The notes beneath the pieces are model-generated. The model was not told where the DNA came from, did no database searches, and saw only the letters and a list, made by a program, of their open reading frames with translations. A program made the translations under genes and the position numbers. From Candidatus Thalassarchaeaceae archaeon (GTDB taxonomy: Archaea > Thermoplasmatota > Poseidoniia > Poseidoniales > Thalassarchaeaceae), in the NCBI GenBank assembly GCA_030747395.1, contig JASLKT010000003.1:1-55086 (forward strand): a DNA stretch of 55,086 bases. Direction: 5' to 3'. This document shows positions 1-9,325 of this stretch, piece by piece (position 1 is the first letter of the stretch; each line of letters begins with the position of its first letter).

Positions 1-1093
1 TCGCCAACATTGCTGTGATTGAAAATACAGACGTTGAAGCCGCTGGATCAACATCTGCACCAGGGTCTCCGACGATTTCACCGTGGTAGGAATAGGTCGT
101 TTCGAAAACCATCACTGTACGGGTCTGTTGACAGGGGTTGGCACCATTCGAACATGGGTTCGCTGCCAAGTCATTGGTATCGGTCACTGGGTCATCTAGT
201 GTAGACACGTTCTGCCAAACGTCAACAGTGGCATCTTCACCAACGACAACAGTGTATCGGTGGCCACCAGCTGTGGCTGTGATGGGTCCGTTCGTTCCAT
301 CTCCATCAGTATCCAAATTGGATGGGGACATGGGGTCCGTATCATAATCACCTTCGAAATCAACTGTTACGGTTGTGGCTCGAGGTGCCCATGCTTCGGA
401 ACCTTCTGCGGTCACCATGAGCGCGAAGTTGTGTGGGCCTGTGCCCTGCACATTGTCATACGCACCTTGTGCCTTGCAGTCGCCACCAGGGCCATCTGTC
501 CAGCAGAGGTCAACAACGATGTCGCGGAAATGTTGGACAGTGACGGTGTAGGTCATGTCGTTGTTGGTTAGATCGGTATCCATCGAACTGTCGACATCGA
601 TTGAAATCGTTACAGTGTATTCGCCAGGAATAGTGGGTGACCATGCTAGGTCTCCACCACTTTCTGCTTGGACGCGGTAGTTACCGCCGCCCAAGAAGTC
701 ACCGGCTGGCAGCGTATTGTAGCTGCAACCAGTTACAGAGGTGGTACCGGGGCAAACAGCGTCATCGAGGTTGTCGATGACAGCGGTTTGACCATCTCCG
801 GCCGGAGTAACGGTCACACGAATGTTGAATTCTTCGTGTGCGTTGTCACCATCATTGATGATGATCGGCCGGAAATAGACGATATCACCAATGTCTATTC
901 CATTCCTAGTGTTACCAGCTTGATCCACGAATGTTTCTCGTGGTTGCAAGATGTCGTGCAGGTTCAATTCGTATGCCGCACGGCCACCAGTTTCCATTTC
1001 GTTCGTATCTTTCAGTTCATCAGCGAAGTCGATTGCAGCAAACAAGCTGGTCAACATCAACGCCGTGAGTACAATAGGTACAATTTGCTTCAC
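1..1093 (-). CDS. Secreted surface protein, N-terminal fragment (continues beyond the left window edge)
   Basis: Absent from the ORF track because it has a GTG start and no stop in the window. Minus-strand reading from GTG (1093-1091) gives VKQIVPIVLTALMLTSLFAAIDFADELKDTNEMETGG... and stays open to base 1. GGAGG (minus, 1106-1102) lies 8 nt upstream. N-terminus is signal-peptide-like and composition is D/T/G/N-rich and extracellular in type. Plus-strand ORFs 260-571 and 668-1183 are antisense shadows. Confidence 0.7.
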   Translation of the reverse strand, partial: MKQIVPIVLTALMLTSLFAAIDFADELKDTNEMETGGRAAYELNLHDILQPRETFVDQAGNTRNGIDIGDIVYFRPIIINDGDNAHEEFNIRVTVTPAGDGQTAVIDNLDDAVCPGTTSVTGCSYNTLPAGDFLGGGNYRVQAESGGDLAWSPTIPGEYTVTISIDVDSSMDTDLTNNDMTYTVTVQHFRDIVVDLCWTDGPGGDCKAQGAYDNVQGTGPHNFALMVTAEGSEAWAPRATTVTVDFEGDYDTDPMSPSNLDTDGDGTNGPITATAGGHRYTVVVGEDATVDVWQNVSTLDDPVTDTNDLAANPCSNGANPCQQTRTVMVFETTYSYHGEIVGDPGADVDPAASTSVFSITAMLA

Positions 1094-1140
1094 TTTACAG
1101 TCCTCCCTCACAGTGGGTGCTCCGCCACAGAAAAACTTTG

Positions 1141-1148
1141 TATTTATA
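1141..1148 (-). promoter_or_regulatory. Candidate archaeal TATA box (TATAAATA on minus strand) for the gene starting at 1093
   Basis: TATAAATA read on the minus strand, about 51 nt upstream of the GTG. This fits a TSS about 25 nt downstream and a short leader carrying the GGAGG. Confidence 0.35.
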
Positions 1149-1225
1149 GTGACCGCCGGCCCAAGTTACTTTTTTGCGGTTGAAATGGTGTTTCTTTATT
1201 AATACTGGAACAAACGATTTGTAAT

Positions 1226-4200
1226 TTAATTTACATCCCGGAGTGCTTCGGCCGGTCGAATAGAAGCGGCCTGTCGCACCGGCCAAAGTGTTGCACACAA
1301 TGTCAAGATGTAAGCACCGATGACGATCATGTAAATTTCATTCCAAGGCATGATGAATTCAGCACCATCTTCTTTGAGGAATCTATCATAAAGCGCATAA
1401 TGGAAGCCAACTCCAACCAATGCTCCGTTCAAAATCCCCAAGAATGACACCCACGACAATTCGACGAGGAAGGTCGCAACCACCATGCTCCTCTGGAACC
1501 CGAGGGCGCGCAGTATGCCGATTTGATGTCGCCTTTCACTGACGTTTCGAATGGTGACCACAGCCAATCCTGCGATGCCTACAGCCAAACCAAGAGCAAG
1601 GAAGGCCTTGAGGAGATTGAAGATGGACATGAAGAAAGTTTGGGCCTTGGCAAAGGCCACTTCAATGACGAAAACGCCGACGCCCTCTTCGATCATCCCT
1701 CTTTCAATTTCATCTGCAGCACGCTCTTGTTCGGCCAATGTGGTATCCTCTGGCATGCTAAACCAAACAATCTGTGGCTTGGCATCAAATCGCTCTTCGG
1801 CGAATTCTGATTGGATGTAGATTCCTGGAACCATGATTGAGGATTCTTGTTTGAGAATCCCTGCAACGAATACCGTACGATTGACACCTGAATTGGTGGG
1901 GTCGCTAATGAGAATGGAACTGCCTATTGTCAAATCAAGTGTTGGAGGCGGATCGACGCTTCCTTCAGGTTGAGGCGTTAGGCTAGAATCGACGATGACC
2001 AGACTCTCATCAGCTCGAACAGCGGCCCACACCTCTTGTTCGGTATCCCCTAGTTCTTCAGCCCAAACTTGCAATCCAAGCGCTCCGTGCTGCGAAAAAT
2101 TATCATCGAATCCACGTAAACCAACATTGAGCAGTGGTCCGGTTCCATCACTGCGTTCAGCCTTGACAACCCCGGTGTAGATGGTGGCGATTGAATCGAA
2201 ATCTGAAACGTTCATCTCTCCTAAATCCCATTGACTGACATCTGGATCCAACTCACTGCTACTGAAAGCAAGAATCTCGTAATCACCACCGGATTCAGAA
2301 CTCATATCCTCCAGATAATTGCCGAACAGTGCACTGTATCCAGATAAAATGACGACAGCGAAAATGACCAATGAAAACATGCCCATGGTCATGGCAGTAC
2401 GGAAGGGCGTTGCCATGGGATAAGCGAGGCTTGTGGGCAATACAGAAGCAATGCGGCCCGAAAGAGGCGCGAGGAGGCGTGAAAGGAAACGGGTGACCAG
2501 AGGGGCTAAACTGGTGAGCAACAATACGCCTGCTGCGACCAAGAAGACGCCCATGATGATGAATGAAAATGCACCCTGTTGCCATTCTGCGCTTACAGGA
2601 TCGCCCTTCCAACCCCAGATAATCATGCCGAGACTGAGTGTTGACAGAATCATGCGCGGAAGCACGACTGGGCGGTGGAATCGCATGCCTCGTAAGGTGA
2701 TGTCCTCTGGCAATATGCGGCCAAGAATCCAGAAGGCCGGTGGAACCAATGCAAGCAAGAGTGTGAAACCACCGAGCAGCCACCATGCATGTCGAGTGCC
2801 ATCATCAGGTTCACCGATGAAGAAGGCAAGGGCAAAACTGGCCAGAGAAGAAAAGCCAAGGAATAGCGTCACTAGAATCGACCACCATGGCAAACCCCCG
2901 CCGTAACGTGTTGGAATACTTCGGATGGCGGCAACAACATTGAGGCGACTGATCCACATCGATGTCATCCACAATGTCGACCATGTGACCAAGAAACCCG
3001 CTGTAAATCCGGCGAGAAGGCTTTGGAATGTCCAATCAAAAACAACGGTCCAAGACAACGTATCTTGGAATGCTGTCGCCATGAATTTCATCAATATCCA
3101 AGCGACACCAATGCCCACAAAAGCGCCAACTGCGCTTGATATCATCCCGAGCAATGCGCCTTCCTGGACGAATAGTACACGCAAATCCCCACGGTGCATT
3201 CCGATGGCTCTTGCCATACCCATCTCGGGTTTACGTTCATCGGCCAGCATGACGAAGATGTTCATCACAAGAAGAATACCAGCGAAGATGACAAACGAAC
3301 CAAAAATGAGGAACAGCATGGAGAAACTCTCCCCTGCATCAGCGGTCGCTTCAATCATTCGAATCTTGATTGGGGCGACGTTCAAGTCAGACGAATCGAG
3401 GTCTGCTTGCTCATCGGCCCATTCCTCAACACTAGACAATACAACATCGTAAACAGCCGGATTGATGAGCCCCGGTCCAACGATGATGACCATGCTACGG
3501 GCGCCGCTGCCCCCACCTGCCAACAATTCCGCATCGGGTATGGATACGAGGCCGAATGTCATGTCTGCAAACGAAGGTTGTCCGGGTGGCGAGGGGAGGC
3601 TCAGGTTTGCATCTTCAACGATGAGGCGTTCACCATCCCACTGCCCCCTTAATGCAGGAAGGTAGCCGCGCAGTCGCACAGATTCACCGGACTGGAGATC
3701 GAGTGTTTCTCCGGCCCAATCCGATACATGGATATTGCCACTGGCCACCGATGGGAAGCCCATCGTATCACAACCATCGCAACCGACAACTGTGAGTGGA
3801 ACGCGGTTCACTGAATCGATTCGAATCCTAGAAGGGAGACGACCTGACAACTCATCGCCATCGACAATCGCAACACCCGTTCCAGTTGTGACAATCAGGC
3901 GATTTGAATCTAAACTCAGGGCGGCATCATTCGTGCTGGCTGCAGGTGGCAATTCGATTTCCAGAGAGTTGAATGTCGTTCCATTCCATGCCCAAAGGCC
4001 CTCGCCATCGATCCAAAATGCATCGGATGAATAGGCGACCAATGTCCCGTTTGGGAGGCCTTGTTCCCAAGCTGAAGTGGTATTCCCATCATCTAGGAGA
4101 TACACGGATTGGCCCTCTACAACCCATGTGGAATTACCATGCTCAAACAAGTCACGTCGCTCTGTTGAATCCGAATTGCAGGTCAGTGATGTTGGATCGG

Positions 4201-5842
4201 CTCCAGAGCAAGTTTGGCTGCCCAATATGCCACCAATTCTGACCACAATCTCATCGTCATCCACGGCTAAATCAACGCCGAGCGCAGAACCATCGTCGAC
4301 CAGAGGTGCAACATTCCACGTCTCAAGTCCATTGGTAGAGGAATGCAACCAAACGTTGCCTTCATTCTCTTCAAGTGCCAATATTGTGGAATTGCCATTG
4401 TGGAATAATGCGAGTGCATCAATCGAATGGCCCTCCAGATAATTGGAATCGGGGGCATCTGGTGCCAAGTCGATTTCTCGAATGCCGTCGGCATGGGCAA
4501 TGATTGCGGATTCATTGCCTGTCAGAAGAATATCGCGAATTGAATCGTCATCGGCATCCTCAGGAGCCCAAATCCACCATTGGCCATTCTCATCCTGCAA
4601 TGATAATCCCGAACCGGTCGCATACCAATCCCAGTCATCTGTTTGTTCAATCGAAGAGATAGATGCTGATGCTAAACCGGACACGTTGAGCCATTGCTGT
4701 GCGATATTATACAACGGAACTTGCAATAATTCAACGGAATCCAGAGTGAATTCGGATTCATTGACAAGGGTTGTGAGATTGTAGACTTCATTCTCGCGCA
4801 GTTGGCCGATTCCAGTGGTCCGAGCCACAGCAATCAGACCCGATTCAGCATCTGATTCAACGGTGAAACCTGCGTCTTCGGCAATCAAATGTTCATTGAC
4901 CAATACTTTGATTTCGCTCCGTAGTACATCATTCCCATCCCCTTTAACAGCAATACCAATGTGGGAAATGATGTCCTCTTTTTCGGTAATCTGTTGAGCG
5001 TGAAGCAATGATGTGAATAACAATGGTTGACGGCTATTCTGGTGACCTGTATTGACATCAGAAACGATGTGTTGAACGGTAAGATTCGTCGTACTACGAA
5101 CGATTCCTTGCTCTAAATCGATATCGACCCAGTGGATTTCAATTGTGTCCCCCACCGATGCAGAAATGCTGTCTGAAAGTTCCTCATTGATGACTACATT
5201 TCCGTCATCGATATCGGTATATCGAATACCATTCGGACCACCAATGGGATCAAATCCGCCAATATTGGAATAATACGCATCAAACGCATACCACGTGGCT
5301 ATGGGTTCCCCTAAACCATCGAATTGTATTGAAGCATCCATTCGCATTCCTGGTCGGACCCCTTCAACATCGGACCAACTGAGTAGGGCATCGGAAATGT
5401 CGTTCGCTCGAGTCTGGTTCCATTCCGTCCACAACCCTGTTGTTCTGTCATTGCCTTTGATGTAGTAATCAGTATCACCCAGAGGCGCAAGGAATTGCTC
5501 CTCCATGGTCGCATCCAAGCTATCACCGATGACCAACGAGGAGGTCACAATTGCAGAACCAACGAGCAAACCGATGACGACAAGTGCAGTGTTTCTCTTG
5601 CGGCGAACTAGATTGTTACGGGCCATGACGGCCAAAATACGATGGCGACTTGAAAGCATCCATTGCATCGCAGACCAGACAACAAGTCCGGCGATTAACG
5701 AAAGGCCAACAAATGTGAATGTGCGCCCCAAACTCCAGTCGTAATCGTCCCACTGCAAGGCTGCAGTCAAGATTGCTGCAAGGATACTGGCACAAGCCGT
5801 CGCCACCCGTTTTTCAGGCGTCCACGGACCGGCCAGAGACAT
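1226..5842 (-). CDS. Giant ABC transporter permease with duplicated FtsX/MacB-type module and a very large extracytoplasmic insert (1538 aa)
   Basis: Has an FtsX-type entry segment ARNNLVRRKRNTALVVIGLLVGSAI. Two FtsX-like TM blocks carry the motifs ARAIGMHRGDLRVLFVQEGALLG and ILRALGFQRSMVVATFLVELS. The ATG lies 12 nt downstream of the ATPase gene stop, with a G-rich SD upstream. Confidence 0.85.
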   Translation of the reverse strand: MSLAGPWTPEKRVATACASILAAILTAALQWDDYDWSLGRTFTFVGLSLIAGLVVWSAMQWMLSSRHRILAVMARNNLVRRKRNTALVVIGLLVGSAIVTSSLVIGDSLDATMEEQFLAPLGDTDYYIKGNDRTTGLWTEWNQTRANDISDALLSWSDVEGVRPGMRMDASIQFDGLGEPIATWYAFDAYYSNIGGFDPIGGPNGIRYTDIDDGNVVINEELSDSISASVGDTIEIHWVDIDLEQGIVRSTTNLTVQHIVSDVNTGHQNSRQPLLFTSLLHAQQITEKEDIISHIGIAVKGDGNDVLRSEIKVLVNEHLIAEDAGFTVESDAESGLIAVARTTGIGQLRENEVYNLTTLVNESEFTLDSVELLQVPLYNIAQQWLNVSGLASASISSIEQTDDWDWYATGSGLSLQDENGQWWIWAPEDADDDSIRDILLTGNESAIIAHADGIREIDLAPDAPDSNYLEGHSIDALALFHNGNSTILALEENEGNVWLHSSTNGLETWNVAPLVDDGSALGVDLAVDDDEIVVRIGGILGSQTCSGADPTSLTCNSDSTERRDLFEHGNSTWVVEGQSVYLLDDGNTTSAWEQGLPNGTLVAYSSDAFWIDGEGLWAWNGTTFNSLEIELPPAASTNDAALSLDSNRLIVTTGTGVAIVDGDELSGRLPSRIRIDSVNRVPLTVVGCDGCDTMGFPSVASGNIHVSDWAGETLDLQSGESVRLRGYLPALRGQWDGERLIVEDANLSLPSPPGQPSFADMTFGLVSIPDAELLAGGGSGARSMVIIVGPGLINPAVYDVVLSSVEEWADEQADLDSSDLNVAPIKIRMIEATADAGESFSMLFLIFGSFVIFAGILLVMNIFVMLADERKPEMGMARAIGMHRGDLRVLFVQEGALLGMISSAVGAFVGIGVAWILMKFMATAFQDTLSWTVVFDWTFQSLLAGFTAGFLVTWSTLWMTSMWISRLNVVAAIRSIPTRYGGGLPWWSILVTLFLGFSSLASFALAFFIGEPDDGTRHAWWLLGGFTLLLALVPPAFWILGRILPEDITLRGMRFHRPVVLPRMILSTLSLGMIIWGWKGDPVSAEWQQGAFSFIIMGVFLVAAGVLLLTSLAPLVTRFLSRLLAPLSGRIASVLPTSLAYPMATPFRTAMTMGMFSLVIFAVVILSGYSALFGNYLEDMSSESGGDYEILAFSSSELDPDVSQWDLGEMNVSDFDSIATIYTGVVKAERSDGTGPLLNVGLRGFDDNFSQHGALGLQVWAEELGDTEQEVWAAVRADESLVIVDSSLTPQPEGSVDPPPTLDLTIGSSILISDPTNSGVNRTVFVAGILKQESSIMVPGIYIQSEFAEERFDAKPQIVWFSMPEDTTLAEQERAADEIERGMIEEGVGVFVIEVAFAKAQTFFMSIFNLLKAFLALGLAVGIAGLAVVTIRNVSERRHQIGILRALGFQRSMVVATFLVELSWVSFLGILNGALVGVGFHYALYDRFLKEDGAEFIMPWNEIYMIVIGAYILTLCATLWPVRQAASIRPAEALRDVN

Positions 5843-5853
5843 TGTAAAGCCCC

Positions 5854-6552
5854 CTATTCCTCTTCACCAGTACGACGATCTTCGACGACTCTGCCATCTT
5901 GCATGACCAATACACGTGAACAACGATCTGCGATTTCCGAATCATGGGTCACTAGAAGCATCGTCACACCCCGATCAGCATTCAAATTCAACAATAAATC
6001 GATGATTTCGTCGCTGGTCTGCGAATCGAGATTGCCCGTTGCTTCATCCGCAAAAATAACTGCGGGATCATGAACAAAAGAACGGGCAATCGTGACACGC
6101 TGCTGCTGTCCACCAGATAATTCGGAGGGGAGATGCCCGTCCCGATCAGCCAAACCAACTGCGTCTAGGGCGGAAAGTGCACGCTTTCGAGCCTCACGAG
6201 GTGAGCTGCCAGCCATCAATAGTGGCAACTCTACGTTTTCCACTGCTGTCAACACAGGCAAGAGATTGAATGACTGGAAGATGAAACCCAGTTGTGAACC
6301 GCGTAGGGCTGTGAGGTCATAATCGGACATCTGCGACAATGCTTGGCCATGGATGAATACATCACCTGCCGAAATTTCATCCAGCCCTGAAAGGCAATTC
6401 AACAATGTTGTCTTCCCACACCCACTAGGGCCCATTACGGCAACCATTTCACCGGGCTTGAGTGTCACACTTACCTTGCGTAAAGCTTCAACCCGATTCG
6501 TACCGGTTTCGTATACCTTCCACAATTCACGCGCTTCGAGTACCGTCGTCAT
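5854..6552 (-). CDS. ABC transporter ATP-binding protein (MacB/LolD-like)
   Basis: Walker A GPSGCGKTT, signature LSGGQQQRVTIARS, Walker B VIFADEATGNLD, H-loop LLVTHD. Operonic with the permease. Confidence 0.92.
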   Translation of the reverse strand: MTTVLEARELWKVYETGTNRVEALRKVSVTLKPGEMVAVMGPSGCGKTTLLNCLSGLDEISAGDVFIHGQALSQMSDYDLTALRGSQLGFIFQSFNLLPVLTAVENVELPLLMAGSSPREARKRALSALDAVGLADRDGHLPSELSGGQQQRVTIARSFVHDPAVIFADEATGNLDSQTSDEIIDLLLNLNADRGVTMLLVTHDSEIADRCSRVLVMQDGRVVEDRRTGEEE

Positions 6553-6605
6553 GACTTACTGTGGGTGGAGCAGGGATATAACACTCCGTCTGTAGCGGAC
6601 TTCAG

Positions 6606-6833
6606 ATGAATTCGCATACGGTCCTCCTTTTCGGCCCACTGCGGGACAAATTTGATTCAAATACAATCACCATTGAAATGCCGGAAAACTGCTCTGTAGA
6701 AGATGTGCTGAATCACATCGGAATCGAACAACGAATCCTCAAAACCGCAGTCAATGGTGCGATTGTGCCAATTTCCACAGAATTGGTTGCACCTTCTGAA
6801 ATCGCTATACTTCCACCGGTTTCAGGCGGCTAA
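6606..6833 (+). CDS. MoaD/ThiS-family ubiquitin-like small protein (SAMP-like), C-terminal GG
   Basis: 75 aa ending ...EIAILPPVSGG, the typical MoaD/SAMP beta-grasp C-terminus. Confidence 0.75.
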   Translation: MNSHTVLLFGPLRDKFDSNTITIEMPENCSVEDVLNHIGIEQRILKTAVNGAIVPISTELVAPSEIAILPPVSGG

Positions 6834-6884
6834 TCATGCGCAATCTTGAATGGGGGCGTTCGCTCAGCGGGGTTCGGTAAGCAC

Positions 6885-7163
6885 ATGGCATTCGGCACAC
6901 AGGAACTTGTAATCGTCCTCATCGCCTTCTTCGTTCTCTTTGGGGCAGAGCGTCTACCCAAACTCGCTAGATCAATAGGTCAGGCAAAGGGAGAATTTCA
7001 CGAAGGGTTGGCAGATGTCAAGAAAGCCGGCGACACAACGGAAGAAGATTTGGATCGAGGAGGTCGTACTGAAGTGGCAGAATTAACCGAAAAGGCAGAA
7101 GAATCTGGTGTCGACGTAGAGGGTAAAACACCTGAAGAAGTGGAAGATGAAATATCCGATTAA
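6885..7163 (+). CDS. tatA: Twin-arginine translocase subunit TatA/E
   Basis: MAFGTQELVIVLIAFFVLFGAERLPKLARSIGQAKGEF is the TatA TM helix plus amphipathic-helix signature, followed by an acidic tail. I moved the start to the ATG at 6885; the ORF track starts at TTG 6846. Confidence 0.85.
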   Translation: MAFGTQELVIVLIAFFVLFGAERLPKLARSIGQAKGEFHEGLADVKKAGDTTEEDLDRGGRTEVAELTEKAEESGVDVEGKTPEEVEDEISD

Positions 7164-7191
7164 CCAATTGGAAAATTAAATTTCCAATTGG
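7164..7191. terminator. Bidirectional terminator-like hairpin between convergent tatA and nob1
   Basis: CCAATTGGAAA-ATTAAA-TTTCCAATTGG: perfect 11-bp stem with an A/T-rich 6-nt loop. It fills almost the whole 31-nt convergent spacer. Confidence 0.5.
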
Positions 7192-7194
7192 GAA

Positions 7195-7650
7195 TTACAC
7201 CCTTCTCAAGCCTAGATTTGCACCACAATCTGGGCAAGTCTCTCCTTGCTGTTGTACCGCACCACAACCCACACACACCAAAGCATGTGTTCGCACTTCT
7301 CTGACACCATCTTGGATGACGCCCCGCCAAGGGTGGCCACGGTGTTGACACACGTTTTGCATGCGGTAATCATCAGTAACCAATGTGTGTCCTGTGGAAA
7401 ATGCAAGCGCTAGAACATCCAGATCAACGCTTGATAGGCCACTGAAATCACCGGTTTCTTGACTGGCTTGAACTGCAATTTCAATCGCAGCAGGATTTGG
7501 CGATACGAATTGCGGACCTTGAGATTCAAGCATCAGGTGACGTGAGGGAGACAGGCGCTGGACTTCGTCGAGTTGACTGGTGGCACAGATTCCTTGCATG
7601 AGCATCTCTAGCGGCCATGAGAGCAATGCAGCCGTATCGAGAACCTCCAT
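7195..7650 (-). CDS. nob1: Nob1-like PIN-domain endonuclease with C-terminal zinc ribbon (pre-16S rRNA 3' end maturation)
   Basis: MEVLDTAALLS... then LSSVDLDVLALAF...LVTDDYRMQNV (PIN). C-terminal CVGCG...CPDCG zinc ribbon. Start chosen at Met10 of the 160-aa ORF. Confidence 0.7.
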   Translation of the reverse strand: MEVLDTAALLSWPLEMLMQGICATSQLDEVQRLSPSRHLMLESQGPQFVSPNPAAIEIAVQASQETGDFSGLSSVDLDVLALAFSTGHTLVTDDYRMQNVCQHRGHPWRGVIQDGVREVRTHALVCVGCGAVQQQGETCPDCGANLGLRRV

Positions 7651-7739
7651 GTTGGCAAGGCAACATCGGTGTAACATCAGCCTTCCGCACCTGACGATGA
7701 TGGGAAAGGGTCATCCCTTCTATCACCCGCCTATACGAC

Positions 7740-8351
7740 ATGGGTCTACTTCCATCTGGTTTCTGGGGAGCCGTGGATTCCTTTGTTGGTTGGGCTTCGG
7801 ATCTCGGTTTACCTGGACTTGCAATCCTCTCTTTTACAGAGGCATTCATCCAACCAGTACCTCCCGAGGCCCTGACGTTACCGATGTATATCGCGGAACA
7901 AGGCAACCCTGTGATGATTTTTCTCATTTGGTTGGTTGTCACACTTTCCAGTGTTGCTGGAGCGATGGTTGGATGGTGGTTGGGTAAAGCACTGGGTCGG
8001 CCCTTCGCGGACCGATTCATCAAACAGAAACACATTGCTAGGCTGGATCGCCTAATCATTCGATATGGATATGCAGGAATTTTCATCGCTGCAATCTCAC
8101 CCATCCCATACAAGGTACTCGCTTGGATTGCAGGCATGGGTGAAATGGACTATCGGAGATTCATTATTGCCGGCATATGGGGTCGCGGGCTGCGTTTTGG
8201 CATCCAAGCCTTGGTGATTGGAATTTGGGGCAATGAATTACTTTCAGCAATGAAAAATCCATTGATATGGATTGGTTTCTGCATTATTTCAATTATCGTT
8301 GTATTCCCAGCAAAAAGATGGTGGGACAGCCTACTTGATGAGGAAGAATGA
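7740..8351 (+). CDS. DedA/YqaA-family (SNARE-associated type) membrane protein
   Basis: GLPGLAILSFTEAFIQPVPPEALTLPMY motif and a polytopic membrane profile. Confidence 0.65.
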   Translation: MGLLPSGFWGAVDSFVGWASDLGLPGLAILSFTEAFIQPVPPEALTLPMYIAEQGNPVMIFLIWLVVTLSSVAGAMVGWWLGKALGRPFADRFIKQKHIARLDRLIIRYGYAGIFIAAISPIPYKVLAWIAGMGEMDYRRFIIAGIWGRGLRFGIQALVIGIWGNELLSAMKNPLIWIGFCIISIIVVFPAKRWWDSLLDEEE

Positions 8352-8392
8352 CCGAACCCCTCATCAACCCGATTGACTGCGGTTAGGCTGTC

Positions 8393-8470
8393 GCTCGCGT
8401 GGTGTAGCTAGGCCCATCATGGTGGGTTTTCATCCCGCTGACTCGGGTTCGAATCCCGACGCGAGCACCA
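8393..8470 (+). tRNA. tRNA-Glu (anticodon UUC), CCA encoded
   Basis: Acceptor GCTCGCG/CGCGAGC. Archaeal Glu-type D region GGTGTAGCTAGGCCCATCAT. Anticodon arm GTGGG-TTTTCAT-CCCGC. T arm TCGGG-TTCGAAT-CCCGA. Discriminator A plus CCA. Confidence 0.9.
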
Positions 8471-8478
8471 TTCTACAA

Positions 8479-8496
8479 TTTTTGGGAGTCCAAAAT
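8479..8496. terminator. Oligo-T tract plus short hairpin after tRNA-Glu, facing the convergent Smr gene
   Basis: ATTTTT then TTTTGG-GAGT-CCAAAA: 6-bp stem with a T5 run on plus and a T4 run on minus. Confidence 0.45.
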
Positions 8497-8524
8497 GGGC
8501 GAACCCCAAGGAGGTAATCTGTTG

Positions 8525-9301
8525 TCACTGGCGCTCACGATAGGATGCTAGTAAGCCGCTCAGAAGAATTCCCAATGCGATGCCCACTTGCATTCCTTGT
8601 GAGTGTGCACCTTCTCCTGCCAAATCACGGAAAGCGAACGCAAAGGCTACTGTGATTGGCCCACCCAAGAAAATGAAGCGGAGAAGCCATTTTTTGACCG
8701 TAGGTGCATCTCCAATTGGGCGCAGTGTCACGGAACCTTTCTTGAGTAATAATTCCCAATTCAATTCTCCTGTGATTTGACGCAACCTTTCGATTGCCAT
8801 TGGGCGTATTTTCGGACCCGCTTTTGAATTCAATCCTCGACCCGTGATGATTCGGATTCGACCCAGCCAATCGCGTGATTGGATGATGAGTTCGATAATG
8901 GCTTTCGATTGCTTCAAATCCAAATCGTGTAAATCAACGGTTAGCACACCACGATCTCGACGAACGTGAGAAGAGATTGTCCACGGACTTTCATCCGCCC
9001 AAGGAAGGGTCGTTGCTGCTTCTTCGATGGGGTGAAGCAACATTTGCAGCCGATCAAGTGGATCTATTTCGACAGAACTTTCCAACAACCTACGATTTCG
9101 TTCAACATATCGTACCGATGTATAACTCAAGATTACCACGGTCGTTGAAATGCCGACCATGCCTCCGATTCGGAGTGATTGATCAATATTCGAAACATCC
9201 ATCCCATTGGCAAAAATGTGCATGAAGAAGGACATCGTGCCAATCATGAGGCCCAATACAGTGGATAAGGAGAACAAGTCCCTCACCCTGAGCTCGGTCA
9301 T
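8525..9301 (-). CDS. Smr-domain protein flanked by transmembrane helices
   Basis: Central VLTVDLHDLDLKQSKAIIELI...RIRIITGRGLNSKAGPKIRP matches the Smr (DLHG...ItGkG) pattern. Two hydrophobic helices lie on each side. Confidence 0.65.
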   Translation of the reverse strand: MTELRVRDLFSLSTVLGLMIGTMSFFMHIFANGMDVSNIDQSLRIGGMVGISTTVVILSYTSVRYVERNRRLLESSVEIDPLDRLQMLLHPIEEAATTLPWADESPWTISSHVRRDRGVLTVDLHDLDLKQSKAIIELIIQSRDWLGRIRIITGRGLNSKAGPKIRPMAIERLRQITGELNWELLLKKGSVTLRPIGDAPTVKKWLLRFIFLGGPITVAFAFAFRDLAGEGAHSQGMQVGIALGILLSGLLASYRERQ

Positions 9302-9325
9302 GAATACGCCGTGGTGTTGTCGGCT

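Noticed and set aside
260-1183. Plus-strand ORFs 260-571 and 668-1183 at the left edge
   Set aside because: They are antisense shadows of a continuous minus-strand frame that has an SD, a GTG start and a signal peptide. Their translations are Cys/Val-rich and motif-free.
7526-8137. 203-aa minus-strand ORF antisense to the DedA/YqaA gene and overlapping nob1
   Set aside because: It conflicts with two genes that have recognisable signatures, and its composition is P/R/S-rich and shadow-like.
8393-8470. tRNA genes (8393-8470 and 24353-24439) as integration hot spots for mobile elements or islands
   Set aside because: There is no integrase, transposase or duplicated tRNA 3' fragment (att-like direct repeat) nearby. 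The flanking genes are ordinary.
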